NCBI GenBank assembly: GCA_020632255.1
Contig: JACKFX010000001.1
Location: forward strand, 58,734-122,733
Source of the DNA: Pseudomonadales bacterium
GTDB taxonomy: Bacteria; Patescibacteriota; Microgenomatia; UBA1400; PJMF01
Length of the DNA stretch: 64,000 bases
Direction: 5' to 3'
Under the pieces are notes generated by a model. The model had not been told where the DNA came from, searched no databases, and saw only the letters and a program-made list of their open reading frames with translations. Positions 6,755-16,283 of the stretch are shown in pieces. The translations under genes were made by a program, and so were the position numbers. Position 1 is the first letter of the stretch. Each line of letters begins with the position of its first letter.

Positions 6755-7804
6755 ATGTTATCCTATAATTATATGGACAGACTGCCTAAATTACTACTTG
6801 TTTTGTTGTTTTTTATGGCCATTTTCCTTGGACCAGTGGTTAGTTCCGTTTCAGCAAAAACATCGATTCCGGCTGGAATCCATATTCTCACTCCAGAAGA
6901 AATCACCCAAGCTGCAGCTCTTACAGACGTACGAGAGAGTGAAACGTGGCGGTATGTTACTATTCCGTTTACATTGGAGGATGCGAGTGATCCAGAAAAA
7001 TGGCAGCAATTTTTTGATACTGCTCGTGAATTACACATTATTCCTCTTGTTCGTTTAACTACTCGATTTGAAAACAATGTTTGGACAGTTCCCTCAAAAA
7101 AAGAGGTTGTCGATCTGATTTCGGTTCTCTCTTCATTGGAGTGGCCGACTGATCAACGACATATTATTGTTTTTAATGAGGTTAACCATGCCAAAGAATG
7201 GGGTGGAACAATTAATCCTGAAGAATATGCCGATGTATTTGCTTTCACCGCCCAATGGGCACACACAGAAGGTAAGGGATATATTGTGTTGCCAGCGGCA
7301 TTAGATTTAGCAGCACCAAATGGTGGAACCACGATGGAAGCGTTTTCCTTTTTGAACAGAATGTATACTGCAGATCCCGAGGTATTTAGTCATGCCGATG
7401 CATGGAATTCGCATTCATATCCAAATCCTGGTTTTTCTTCTTCACCTACTCGTGTTGGTCAAAATTCGATGCGAGGTTTTAAGGTCGAACTCGAATGGCT
7501 CAAAGAAAAAACTGATCGTGATTTCTTGGTGTATATTACTGAGACTGGTTGGGAAGTTACTCCTTATTTGTCTCGTTGGATGCCTAATTATTACGACTAT
7601 GCTGTGCAGCATATCTGGAGTGATCCCTCAGTTGTAGCGGTGACACCATTTATTTTACAAGGATCCCCTGGTCCTTTTGAGGATTTTAGCTTTTTAGATC
7701 CAGAGGGAAAACCAACCCAACAGTATATTTCATATCGTAGTGCACTTTCAAAACAATTTTCTGAATCAGACTTAATTTCTGCAAAAATTGATGTAATTGA
7801 GTAA
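6755..7804 (+). CDS. secreted glycoside hydrolase (TIM-barrel, GH5-like NEVNH…ITETGW acid/nucleophile motifs)
   Basis: Signal peptide. NEVN (acid/base Glu) and ETG (nucleophile Glu) spacing is typical of clan GH-A. Confidence 0.45.
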   Translation: MLSYNYMDRLPKLLLVLLFFMAIFLGPVVSSVSAKTSIPAGIHILTPEEITQAAALTDVRESETWRYVTIPFTLEDASDPEKWQQFFDTARELHIIPLVRLTTRFENNVWTVPSKKEVVDLISVLSSLEWPTDQRHIIVFNEVNHAKEWGGTINPEEYADVFAFTAQWAHTEGKGYIVLPAALDLAAPNGGTTMEAFSFLNRMYTADPEVFSHADAWNSHSYPNPGFSSSPTRVGQNSMRGFKVELEWLKEKTDRDFLVYITETGWEVTPYLSRWMPNYYDYAVQHIWSDPSVVAVTPFILQGSPGPFEDFSFLDPEGKPTQQYISYRSALSKQFSESDLISAKIDVIE

Positions 7805-7833
7805 TTTTTTTCTGTTGAGTCATTGACAGAAGT

Positions 7834-8676
7834 GTGAAAAAATCATATAGTTGCGCTACCATGGGAAAACAACGTCTTACTATCACGCTTTCTGAATCAA
7901 TTTTGAAAAAAGTAGATAAGTATATTGATGGTGTTCAGATTCGAAATCGTTCACATGCAATCGAGAGTTTGCTCGAAAATAGTTTTTCTCCTTCTATAGA
8001 CACTGCAGTGATTTTGGCAGGGGGTCGCAAAGCGACTCACATTCCAGCCCTTAAAAAAATTGGCGAGCGTACGGTTTTGGCGATTACCTTTGAGAAATTA
8101 CGCGACTGTGGTATAGATCGTATCATTATCTGTGCAGGGACTGTTACTTCCTCGATCAAAAAAGAGTTTGGCGATGGGAGTGCGCTCGGTATCACTCTTC
8201 TCTACTCTCATGAGCCTGAAGAAATGGGTACTGCTGGTGCCTTGAAGTTAGCAGAGAACCTTCTGAGTGAAGATCCCTTTTTAGTGATTCATGCTGATGT
8301 TCTGAGCGATCTTAACTTGGCTAGCTTGATAGAATTTCACCAGCAAGAGAACACAGCCGCAACTATTGCGGTAAAGCCTGCTATGGGTACGAAAGAGTTG
8401 GGACACGTGTTTTTGAGCGGTAATAAAATTCAGGCTTTCTTAGATTCGAGTGAACAGCGAGGTATCAGTATTATCAATACCGGCATGTATGTTTTGGAGC
8501 CAAGTGTTCTAGGAAGCATTAAGAAAAACTCAAAATTATATTTAGAAAAAGACATCTTTCCCAATTTGGCAAAGCAGGGTGATCTTAGTGCCTTTGTATT
8601 TCAGGGTAATTGGTTTGATGTGACTAAAGATGAGCCATTTCAAGAGGCATCTGACGTCTGGGATTCTGATGATTAA
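7834..8676 (+). CDS. ribbon-helix-helix domain fused to a sugar-phosphate nucleotidyltransferase (NTP_transferase)
   Basis: N-terminus KQRLTITLSESILKKVDKYI… is RHH/CopG-like. AVILAGGRKATHIP…GTAGAL is the G-x-G-T-R nucleotidyltransferase signature. Confidence 0.55.
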   Translation: MKKSYSCATMGKQRLTITLSESILKKVDKYIDGVQIRNRSHAIESLLENSFSPSIDTAVILAGGRKATHIPALKKIGERTVLAITFEKLRDCGIDRIIICAGTVTSSIKKEFGDGSALGITLLYSHEPEEMGTAGALKLAENLLSEDPFLVIHADVLSDLNLASLIEFHQQENTAATIAVKPAMGTKELGHVFLSGNKIQAFLDSSEQRGISIINTGMYVLEPSVLGSIKKNSKLYLEKDIFPNLAKQGDLSAFVFQGNWFDVTKDEPFQEASDVWDSDD

Positions 8677-8785
8677 TTGTTTTCTTTTTTTCCGCATTGA
8701 TTGATTTGCCAAAGCATAGAAGTATGGTATACTGCCTCAATTTATATGTAAGATCTATGTATTTGTAGGTCTTAGAAAGGTAGAT

Positions 8786-8983
8786 GTGCCAATAGGAGGA
8801 AAAGAACGACTTCATGCCCAACGGCTTGACATGTACGGGCGATTGTGTACAGAGTGGCTAATTAAGAAAGTCACAGATGATAGAGCTGAGGCAGCAGCAA
8901 AAGCAGCAGCAGAAGCAGCAGAAGCAGCACAAGCAGCACAAGCAGCACAAACAGACAAAGACCAAGGTGAATCACAGAGATAA
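8786..8983 (+). CDS. possible small protein with an Ala/Glu/Gln low-complexity tail (GTG start); doubtful
   Basis: The ORF rides on a gcagca/gaagca simple-sequence tract (8883-8945). A possible promoter TTGCCA…TATACT lies at ~8714-8745. Confidence 0.15.
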   Translation: MPIGGKERLHAQRLDMYGRLCTEWLIKKVTDDRAEAAAKAAAEAAEAAQAAQAAQTDKDQGESQR

Positions 8984-9055
8984 GACCCCAAAGGTAGGCG
9001 CGTTTTTTGTCATTAAGCGATTTAGGACTAGCCACTTTTTACTTCTTGTCAAATA

Positions 9056-9084
9056 AAAAAACCCTATCAGGGTTTTTTTATTTG
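9056..9084. terminator. hairpin aaaaaaaccctatcagggttttttt downstream of tRNA-Gly
   Basis: Perfect stem ccct/aggg with a short loop between A- and T-runs. Bidirectional. Confidence 0.5.
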
Positions 9085-9157
9085 AGCGGGAAACGGGGCT
9101 CGAACCCGCGACCTTCTCCTTGGCAAGGAGACACTCTAGCCACTGAGCTATTCCCGC
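9085..9157 (-). tRNA. tRNA-Gly(GCC)
   Basis: Reverse complement folds as a cloverleaf: acceptor GCGGGAA/TTCCCGC, anticodon loop TTGCCAA, T-loop TTCGAGC, discriminator U. Confidence 0.85.
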
Positions 9158-9603
9158 AGATGTGACGATCTGATTATACAACGCGAAGCAAGATGTGTGA
9201 ATAAGAATATCGAGCTATTTCTCTGAGAAGGTTTTTTTAATTAAGTCGGACTTCTATATGATGCTTGGTCTTATCAAGCATGACAAATATACGTATTGCC
9301 TCTATTGATTATATTTAATCTGATTAAGTTGCTATCGATGAGAGGGTGCGCGCAGATAATTCAATCGGTGACAGAATTTCTTCGCAGACCCTTTATTTAA
9401 TGGATTGCGAGGGGTATGATTGCTGTATGTACAATTTTGGTATAACGTCTAATGATAAAAATAGAGTTTTAGGCAATGTTGCCGAAAAAAGTAGTAAGTT
9501 TCTTTTTAAGTGGTTTGGAATTGGTCTGGTTGGATTTATTAATTTTGTTAAATTACTTCTTTCTTCTGCTTTAGGGAAATAATTTTTTGTTCTTTTTTTA
9601 AAA

Positions 9604-9630
9604 AAAAGCCCGTGCCGTAGCACGGGCTTT
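9604..9630. terminator. bidirectional hairpin aaaaagcccgtgc-cgta-gcacgggcttt
   Basis: 9-bp GC-rich stem between A- and T-runs, at the 3' end of the lipoprotein gene. Confidence 0.5.
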
Positions 9631-9633
9631 GCC

Positions 9634-9936
9634 CTATTGGGGTTGGGGCCAGCACTGAGTGCTGATCCCCGTTCCCCTCATCTGCATACTTACCTCTCGT
9701 ATGCAGTTAAACTTTTGGCCGTTGGTCGTCGTAATCACGATCTCCATGGTGAAGACCGTGGCACACATCAGCGAACCCTCGCATATTTGTGTGCTCGTAA
9801 TGTTCATCGTCTCTACTACCAGCCCCCCGTCGCCCACTGCGACTGGGGGGGGAGTTGGGACTGAGGATGGCCCTCCGGCACATCCTGATATAACAAACAA
9901 AATAAAAAACAAAACAATCACCAATATGTTTCTCAT
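9634..9936 (-). CDS. small Cys-rich lipoprotein (lipobox VISGC)
   Basis: Signal peptide plus lipobox, Pro-rich linker, six cysteines. Confidence 0.45.
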   Translation of the reverse strand: MRNILVIVLFFILFVISGCAGGPSSVPTPPPVAVGDGGLVVETMNITSTQICEGSLMCATVFTMEIVITTTNGQKFNCIREVSMQMRGTGISTQCWPQPQ

Positions 9937-9962
9937 GTTCTTCTCCCTCCTGCTTTGAATTT

Positions 9963-9980
9963 ACGTCTATAAAGACGTAG
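9963..9980. promoter_or_regulatory. 18-bp near-perfect palindrome TACGTCTATAAAGACGTA upstream of the lipoprotein gene
   Basis: 8 of 9 positions self-complementary. Lies 27-44 nt upstream of the start codon at 9936. Confidence 0.3.
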
Positions 9981-10855
9981 AGCAGGAGTTAGCAACCAAT
10001 ACAAATTGATATTAGTTTGTAACTCCTGCCCTAAAACAAGAGAGAGAGGTTAAAATTTGCGATTACCCGAATTAATGAGCAATTACATACTGATGAGACG
10101 CAAGGTAGCAGTTTGTATGTAGGGGGTCATATTATATCATTATATATGTAAATATGTAAATATTATAAGTCATAAATGATGATGAATGTCGATTGGAGTA
10201 AGCACACAGAGTTAGAACTCTAGTATCCAAATGATTCTATGGGTTTTGCTATTACCTTAGTATACGAGTGAATGTATGAAAAACTCATTGTTACTCGTAG
10301 TGCTCAGGCTGTTAAGTTGCGTGTTAAAAGAGGAAACAACTCATACATCTTTTGTGTTTGTAGTACGGGAACAGATATTGATGAAGGATCTATGGCATCG
10401 GTTGTATTTGATTACAAAGAACACTAGTTTAGCTTTGTATGACGTGCCTTCTTCAGAGGGTAACAAAATAACTAAATCGGAAAGATTGCATGCCATCAAT
10501 GCATCTGTTTAAGGAGGAGTGTTTTTCAAGCAGTTGTTCATGTATTAAGTCTAGTCAAACACAACTGGCTCAGTGAGTACGGGATATCAGAGAGATTAGA
10601 GAGAAATATCATACTCACGGCCTTGTGATGGATGTGAGAATCTATTGCGCAATGAAACGTTTGTCATTTACCACACAATCAAACAACTCATCAGTTGTCA
10701 TTTTACTTGTGTTGAGCAAATAGTTGTTATTGTTGGGATTATTTTTGAGTTGATTTAGTTGCGTTCCCGATCTTTTCTGTACTCATAGGTAAAAAATCAG
10801 GACTTATTACAATGGAGAAATGTATTATCACGTTGAGGAAAGTTAAGTGATAGTG

Positions 10856-10928
10856 TGCCAAGCTGAGGAGTCGAACCTCAATCTCATGTTTTTCAGACAT
10901 GCGCCGTGACCACCTTGGCTAGCTTGGC
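10856..10928 (-). tRNA. tRNA-Phe(GAA)
   Basis: Acceptor GCCAAGC/GCTTGGC, anticodon stem catgt/acatg with loop CTGAAAA, T-arm GAGGTTCGACTCCTC. Confidence 0.8.
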
Positions 10929-10948
10929 TTAAGCATAACGAGCGAGTG

Positions 10949-11021
10949 TGGAATGTAAGGGACTCGAACCCCTGACCCTTCGGATGTAAGCCGAATGCTC
11001 TACCAACTGAGCTAACATTCC
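10949..11021 (-). tRNA. tRNA-Val(TAC)
   Basis: Acceptor GGAATGT/ACATTCC, D-arm GCTCAGTTGGTAGAGC, anticodon loop CTTACAT, T-arm AGGGGTTCGAGTCCCTT. Confidence 0.85.
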
Positions 11022-11055
11022 ACTTGTTGTTTTATGGTTTCAACCACAAACACTG

Positions 11056-11136
11056 TGCCCAGGAGAGGACTTGAACCTCCACACCTTTCGGCATACGCAC
11101 CTCAAGCGTACGTGTATACCATTTCACCACCTGGGC
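11056..11136 (-). tRNA. tRNA-Leu(GAG)
   Basis: Acceptor GCCCAGG/CCTGGGC, anticodon loop CTTGAGG, long variable arm, T-arm GGAGGTTCAAGTCCTCTC. Confidence 0.85.
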
Positions 11137-11283
11137 ATGTAATGTGTATGAGTCACAGCTAACGCGACTCAAGGCATACATTATAAAATATAATCCCTCT
11201 TTGGGGAAGTAGTATCTGGTGGGCATCTTCTCAAGATATGCTCATCATTAGTTCACTTCCTTATTGGAACTATGCAAACTCTG

Positions 11284-11367
11284 TGCCAGAGAAGGGAGTC
11301 GAACCCTTACGCCCGTAATGAACACTAGTTCCTGAAACTAGCCTGTCTACCATTCCAGCACTCTGGC
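11284..11367 (-). tRNA. tRNA-Leu(CAG)
   Basis: Acceptor GCCAGAG/CTCTGGC, anticodon stem ctagt/actag with loop TTCAGGA, long variable arm. Confidence 0.85.
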
Positions 11368-11449
11368 AATTTGTTTCGTAGCGACATGACAACAGAGGTT
11401 ATTGTACCGTGTTTTGAGGTTTTTTTCAGAAGAAAGACTAAAATATTGT

Positions 11450-12142
11450 TTATGTTTTGACTGAGTGTTTAAATTTTTGGAAAAAGGCTTCGATAATGAT
11501 GTCTCTGGCTTGATCAAAGTGACAGTATGTTGTGTTGATGGTCAAGTCGTACGAGTTGACTTTCTTGGGGTCTTTTTTAAAGTATTGTTTGACAAACTCG
11601 TTGCGTTCTTTTTCTACTTTGGCTATGATTTCCCTTGCTTTGGCCATGTTATGACCTTCGTAGTCGATAGCTCTCTGGACACGGATGTTGTACGGTGCAG
11701 TAATATTGACATGAAGTCCTTTAGCGAATGGGGTGATGAAGTTAGCTCCTCTTCCCAAAATGACGCATTTGCCTTTATAGGCATATGCCAGTACAACTTT
11801 GATGAGTTCGGTGATGTAGGCAGAATCATCAATGTATTCTGCATTCAAAACTGAATGAACCACATCCTCGATTTTTGTACGATGTTTCTCGTCGATCGCT
11901 TTGATGATGGCTTTGCGTTTTTTTGTAGATCGTGCGATTTCATCAATGATTTGTTCGTCTACAAACTCAAAGCCTAGCTTTTCCGCAATTGCTTCTGCAA
12001 TTGGGGCTCCCCCACTGCCGGGCTCACGAGCAATGGTGATAAAGGGGCGAGTGAAAGAATTTTCAGCTTGAACGGTAATGTCTTCTTTCAAGTTGAAAAA
12101 CGTTAAAGCTTTGTTGATCAGGGGATAGTATCGTGTATACAT
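11450..12142 (-). CDS. cytidylate kinase-like family protein (P-loop-like ITIAREPGSGG)
   Basis: N-terminal ITIAREPGSGG and the overall length match the cytidylate kinase-like family (Cytidylate_kin2). Confidence 0.5.
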   Translation of the reverse strand: MYTRYYPLINKALTFFNLKEDITVQAENSFTRPFITIAREPGSGGAPIAEAIAEKLGFEFVDEQIIDEIARSTKKRKAIIKAIDEKHRTKIEDVVHSVLNAEYIDDSAYITELIKVVLAYAYKGKCVILGRGANFITPFAKGLHVNITAPYNIRVQRAIDYEGHNMAKAREIIAKVEKERNEFVKQYFKKDPKKVNSYDLTINTTYCHFDQARDIIIEAFFQKFKHSVKT

Positions 12143-12262
12143 ACCCTATATTATACCGTCATATGGACTCTTTGTCTAGTTTTAGCTCGGGGCTTTTTTG
12201 AGAGTTGTGTGGAGTGGTATAATATAATTTGCGAATAAAAACTCGCCTCTTTATTTTGCCAT

Positions 12263-12336
12263 GCACCAGTAGCTCAGCTGGATAGAGCACCGGTCTTCGG
12301 AACCGGGTGTCGGGGGTTCGAATCCCTCCTGGTGCA
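12263..12336 (+). tRNA. tRNA-Arg(TCG)
   Basis: Acceptor GCACCAG/CTGGTGC, D-arm GCTCAGCTGGATAGAGC, anticodon loop CTTCGGA, T-arm GGGGGTTCGAATCCCTC. Confidence 0.85.
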
Positions 12337-12596
12337 CAGATTTTCTTATTTAGAATTACGCCGTTATCGCTTTTTTTTCTTTCCAAACAGGTCAGCGATT
12401 GCTCCTGTTGGGATTTCTGTAATCACAAAAGAAATAATCATGGTGAATTCAAGTAATCCGAAGCCCGCACAGTCAGTAAACCTCAGATAGAAGAGTGCCC
12501 AAATTGCTATCCAAAACCATGCATGATCGAGTGTAGTCAATAGGTATACGATTGGAATATTTTTTTGAAAGGTTTGATGCCTTTGTGTGCACTGCT

Positions 12597-13502
12597 CTAT
12601 TCTACTTCATTTGTTGTGCTCTGCCCCACTTTTCTTGCGACAGTATTGAAGCCAGTATCGAATAGATTCCAGATACTTGAAGCAATGATCGCGGCTAGGA
12701 TTGGTGTGGTAATCACAGTTGCTCCGGGAATGGAGAGGGCGCTGATGAGCGCTGAAAGTTCGAGGGTGTATTTGGGAACTCTTGCAATAAGTCCTGCGAG
12801 TAGTGGTGTAATTCCTAGTGCCAACAATGTTGAGTAGGGATTAAAGACAATGGATGATCCATCTTTGAGTCGTTTGTATTCTGAGTATGCAGCAAGTAAA
12901 GCCGTCCCACTATAGAGAACAAGGATTGCTGTGGTAAATGCTGGTAAATTAGCTGTCGCGGCCGCTGCAATGATACTGATGCGCATTGATTCATAGATCA
13001 GAAACATAGTTGGTAATGCCACTAGGCTGTAGGTAACTGCATGTTTAAACTCAGTTGGTACCCAGTTCGTACCGTGTTTTTTGCTGGTGTTAATGACTTC
13101 AGAAGCTGATTTTTTGGTTAAACTTATTTTGTGCAAAAATGCAGTGCCTTTGGTTTTCATTGCTTCCCAGACTGATTTTGATCCTTGCTCTTCTAGCGCT
13201 GCTTGGATGCCATCCATTGACATTGATTGGATATATCTGATGGCCTGCTGAATGAATGGTTCGAGCTCACCAAAATCGTTTGCAACTTCTTCGTTTTGGA
13301 GGCGATATGAGATTTCTTCATAGAGGGCTTCATTGTTATCTGCCACAAAGGTGGCAATTTCTGCATTCAGACTAGAATGAGTTTCGAGAAACGCATCAAG
13401 TTTGGAAAGACTGTGAGCAAGTTCAAAAAGTGAGGGTTTCTGTTGCTCAGACAAGTGATTCATATGTGTTTTTATCTTGGTCAAAAATATTTGAGATATC
13501 AT
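12597..13502 (-). CDS. membrane protein, unknown function (soluble N-domain, C-terminal TM helices)
   Basis: Hydrophobic C-terminal half. Confidence 0.45.
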   Translation of the reverse strand: MISQIFLTKIKTHMNHLSEQQKPSLFELAHSLSKLDAFLETHSSLNAEIATFVADNNEALYEEISYRLQNEEVANDFGELEPFIQQAIRYIQSMSMDGIQAALEEQGSKSVWEAMKTKGTAFLHKISLTKKSASEVINTSKKHGTNWVPTEFKHAVTYSLVALPTMFLIYESMRISIIAAAATANLPAFTTAILVLYSGTALLAAYSEYKRLKDGSSIVFNPYSTLLALGITPLLAGLIARVPKYTLELSALISALSIPGATVITTPILAAIIASSIWNLFDTGFNTVARKVGQSTTNEVE

Positions 13503-13820
13503 ACTGCATCTTTTTTAAATGTGCCAGTGGAATGGGAATGCGCGCCGCCAGGCGGCGCGCATACATCAATTACATCAATCCATGAGCTAAGGCTTGAAAT
13601 GCCTGAAAATATTCAAAAGTCTTTCCTTCTGCTATACCCATAATTACATGTTTATTATCTGAGTTCACAAAAGCTGTTTGAGAGTGTACGATTTGCGATC
13701 TTCCATTTAAAGCAGGATGTTTTTTGGTCTGTTAACAACAGTATCAAACCCTTTGATATCAAGATGTTTGGTTCTTCATATATATTTGCTATACTGACTG
13801 GGTAGTAACAAAAAAAGAAA

Positions 13821-14348
13821 GTGTGTATGACAGCATTATTACCTCGAGTTCACATGGTTGGCGACGAAGAAGCTAAGGGTAAGGTCCTAGAGTTATTTGA
13901 GGCTATGAAAGCAAGCAAAGGCGCTGTGCCAAAGTGGATGCGTGTCATGGCAAACTGTGACGACATTTTATTGGGTTTTTTTGGATTGTTTAAAGCCACT
14001 ATGGATGACGCTCCGCTTGAAAGCAAAATGAAGTGGAAGCTTGCGTATTATGTTTCTGAACTGAACAAATGTGAGTTTTGCGTAAGTGTTTCTGAAATGC
14101 AGCTCAAGCAGTTAGGTATGCAGCCAGAAGAAATGGGGAATCTGAAGGCAGCTGCAACAGGGCGTGAAGCATTGGCCTTTGAGTATGTTGAAGCCGTGAA
14201 CGATCATGCCTACAAAATGGAACCAGAATTGTTAGAGCGTGTCAAAGCCGAGTTCTCTGACGAAGAATTGGTAGAGCTGACCAGTGTCGTTGGACTTTTC
14301 AGTTTTATTAACCGATTTAATGACGCTCTTGGCGTTCTGCCAGAGTAA
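13821..14348 (+). CDS. carboxymuconolactone decarboxylase / AhpD-like family protein
   Basis: CEFCVSVSE and the helical repeat pattern are typical of the CMD/AhpD fold. Confidence 0.5.
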   Translation: MCMTALLPRVHMVGDEEAKGKVLELFEAMKASKGAVPKWMRVMANCDDILLGFFGLFKATMDDAPLESKMKWKLAYYVSELNKCEFCVSVSEMQLKQLGMQPEEMGNLKAAATGREALAFEYVEAVNDHAYKMEPELLERVKAEFSDEELVELTSVVGLFSFINRFNDALGVLPE

Positions 14349-14375
14349 TAAGAGTTTTTTCAGGTAACAAAAAAG

Positions 14376-14400
14376 GGCCAGGCTTTCAGCCTGGCCCTAA
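14376..14400. terminator. hairpin gggccaggct-ttc-agcctggccc
   Basis: 10-bp perfect GC-rich stem after the CMD gene. Confidence 0.5.
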
Positions 14401-14401
14401 C

Positions 14402-14638
14402 AATATTGCCATAGCTAACAGCGCCAAATTGAATAAATCCAACAATCTTTCCTCCTAATTCAGCTACAACAATTTCTTCTGTCCTAATTGCTTGTGAAAA
14501 ATAATCTTCATCTCTTGTTTTTAATGCTTTAGTCAAGTCTTCTGGTGACATTTCATCGCCAAAAGTTTGGGTATATGTTTCTTGGGCTAATATTGCTATT
14601 TGATTTATATCGTTTTCATTAGCATTTCGTATTATCAT
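14402..14638 (-). pseudogene. GNAT acetyltransferase N-terminal fragment (truncated before motif A)
   Basis: The 92-aa ORF has a GNAT-like N-terminus but no Q/RxxGxG/A motif. Its last codons run into the terminator hairpin. Confidence 0.3.
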
Positions 14639-14676
14639 GAGATGAATTATAGCTTTTACGTTATACTTTAGCTAAT

Positions 14677-15111
14677 ATGAATATCATTTTTAGAAAAGCA
14701 CTAACAGCAGAAGACATTAGCGGTTGTAAATTAGTAGATACAAAAATGGGTTTTACTACTAATGACAAGGTATTTGCTAAATCAATTGAAGATGGAAGAC
14801 TGCTTGTTGCTAAATTGGACAATCAAATAATTGGATATATTCGTTATGGTTATCTTTGGGACAATGAAGTTGCTGTACTACAAATGATTCGTGTTTTACC
14901 AGAAGAGCGAGGAAAAGGGGTTGGCAGAGAGTTAGTTCAATCAGTAGAAGAAGTACTTAAAAAACTTGGTGTTAGACAACTGCTAAGCTCTACTGATGAA
15001 AGCAATGACAATTCATATAAGTTTCACAAATCATTAGGTTTTAAAGAATGTGGTGAACTAGATATTAATGAAGACCAGTTGAAAGAAGTATTTTTTTCAA
15101 AAAAAATTTAG
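14677..15111 (+). CDS. GNAT family N-acetyltransferase
   Basis: IRVLPEERGKGVGRELV motif A. Confidence 0.65.
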   Translation: MNIIFRKALTAEDISGCKLVDTKMGFTTNDKVFAKSIEDGRLLVAKLDNQIIGYIRYGYLWDNEVAVLQMIRVLPEERGKGVGRELVQSVEEVLKKLGVRQLLSSTDESNDNSYKFHKSLGFKECGELDINEDQLKEVFFSKKI

Positions 15112-15118
15112 CTTTATA

Positions 15119-15391
15119 TATCAATAAAAGTTATCTTGTAGGTCAACTGAAACTTCTCGGACTTTGCCCTGCGAGGCTTTCGGCAGCGAACCAAGAATTA
15201 GACTCCAATAGCTAACTCATTTAATAAAAAAACCAGCCTGAGGCTGGATTTTTTGTATGTGGGGAAAGAACTCTGACACGGAACTCCCCTATTCCTTAAG
15301 TATGAACTTGGTTTTTTCTTATTACAACTTAGACATGATGCTGTTGAGGTGGAAAAATAGGTGGGTTGGCTAGAACTGTTATAATGAAACT
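15119..15391 (+). repeat. cassette-boundary unit K0 (diverged tRNA-Lys 3' copy ggtcaactgaaact + module B + terminator + promoter segment)
   Basis: Shares ttatcttgt.ggtcaactg, module B, a terminator hairpin and the acacggaactcccct…gtatgaac…ggtgga…ctgttataat segment with K1/K2 and with Pro-array unit P5. Confidence 0.6.
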
Positions 15392-15769
15392 ATGAAAAAT
15401 ATTACAACTGAACTAATGGTAGATAATATGGCCAAATCTATAAATTTTTATAGAGATATTTTGGGGTTTACTATTATTATTTCTGAACCTAAAGAAACCC
15501 CATTTTTTGTCATTTTACAAAATGGTTCTGTAGAGCTAATGCTTTACCATAGAAATCAATTTTCGCAGGAAATTCCAAAGTTCAAAGATATGTCAGTTGG
15601 GGGATCTATTGCTTTGTATATAGGTGTTGAGGAAGTAGAGGAACTTTATAAGAGTCTAAGTGGTAAAGTAAAAATTATCCAAGAACTACATACTACAGAC
15701 TATGGTTCTGTGGAATTTTCTTGTGAAGATAACTCTGGATATGTCTTAATGTTTAATGAAAGAAATTAA
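15392..15769 (+). CDS. VOC/glyoxalase/bleomycin-resistance family protein
   Basis: Length and the LMVDNMAKSINFYRDILGF N-terminus fit the VOC fold. Starts 6 nt after the TATAAT box (leaderless). Confidence 0.55.
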   Translation: MKNITTELMVDNMAKSINFYRDILGFTIIISEPKETPFFVILQNGSVELMLYHRNQFSQEIPKFKDMSVGGSIALYIGVEEVEELYKSLSGKVKIIQELHTTDYGSVEFSCEDNSGYVLMFNERN

Positions 15770-15771
15770 TT

Positions 15772-16266
15772 ATGAAAATAAATATTACAGTGGGTTTTCC
15801 TGAATCTAGATGGGAAGATTACAAAAAAATTAGAATACAAGCTCTCCAAGATGTTCCTCAAGCATTTCTAGATGATATTGACCACGCAGAAAGTGAGCCA
15901 GAATCATTTTGGGTTGAAAGAGCTAAAAAAGTTACCTTTGCTGAAATTGATGAAAAAGTTGTAGGTATTGTTGGATTTTACCAAGAGCAGAAAGTAAAAC
16001 AAAAACATATTGCTAATGTTGTGGGTGTTTATGTATTGCCAGAATACCGTGGAATGAAAATTGGTTATCAGTTGCTTGTTAAAGTACTAGAAGAAATTAA
16101 GAAGAATGAGGAAATCAAGGTAATAAATTTGGGTGTAGTGGATACTCAGAAGGCTGCCATGAAATTGTATAAATCATTTGGATTTATTGAAGTTGGAAAA
16201 ATTAGATACGCAGTAAATGTTAATGGACAATATTTTGACGAGTATTTAATGCAAATGTATTTGTAG
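15772..16266 (+). CDS. GNAT family N-acetyltransferase
   Basis: VLPEYRGMKIGYQLLVKVLEE motif A. Confidence 0.65.
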   Translation: MKINITVGFPESRWEDYKKIRIQALQDVPQAFLDDIDHAESEPESFWVERAKKVTFAEIDEKVVGIVGFYQEQKVKQKHIANVVGVYVLPEYRGMKIGYQLLVKVLEEIKKNEEIKVINLGVVDTQKAAMKLYKSFGFIEVGKIRYAVNVNGQYFDEYLMQMYL

Positions 16267-16283
16267 AATATATTGATAAATCA

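Noticed and set aside
8883-8945. gcagca/gaagca simple-sequence tract creating an Ala/Glu/Gln-rich ORF
   Set aside because: This is a low-complexity microsatellite-like tract. Coding status cannot be supported from the sequence alone, so it is listed only as a very low-confidence feature.
11032-11226. Track ORFs overlapping tRNA genes (11032-11226, 12159-12386, 18635-18862, 8972-9181)
   Set aside because: Each is antisense to or overlaps a well-formed tRNA cloverleaf, so all are spurious.
13540-13562. Perfect GC-rich hairpin gcgcgccgcc-agg-cggcgcgc in an AT-rich region as a possible regulatory RNA
   Set aside because: It lies directly downstream of the membrane-protein gene's start region and between divergent genes. 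It is most simply a structural or terminator-like element, and there is no further evidence for more.
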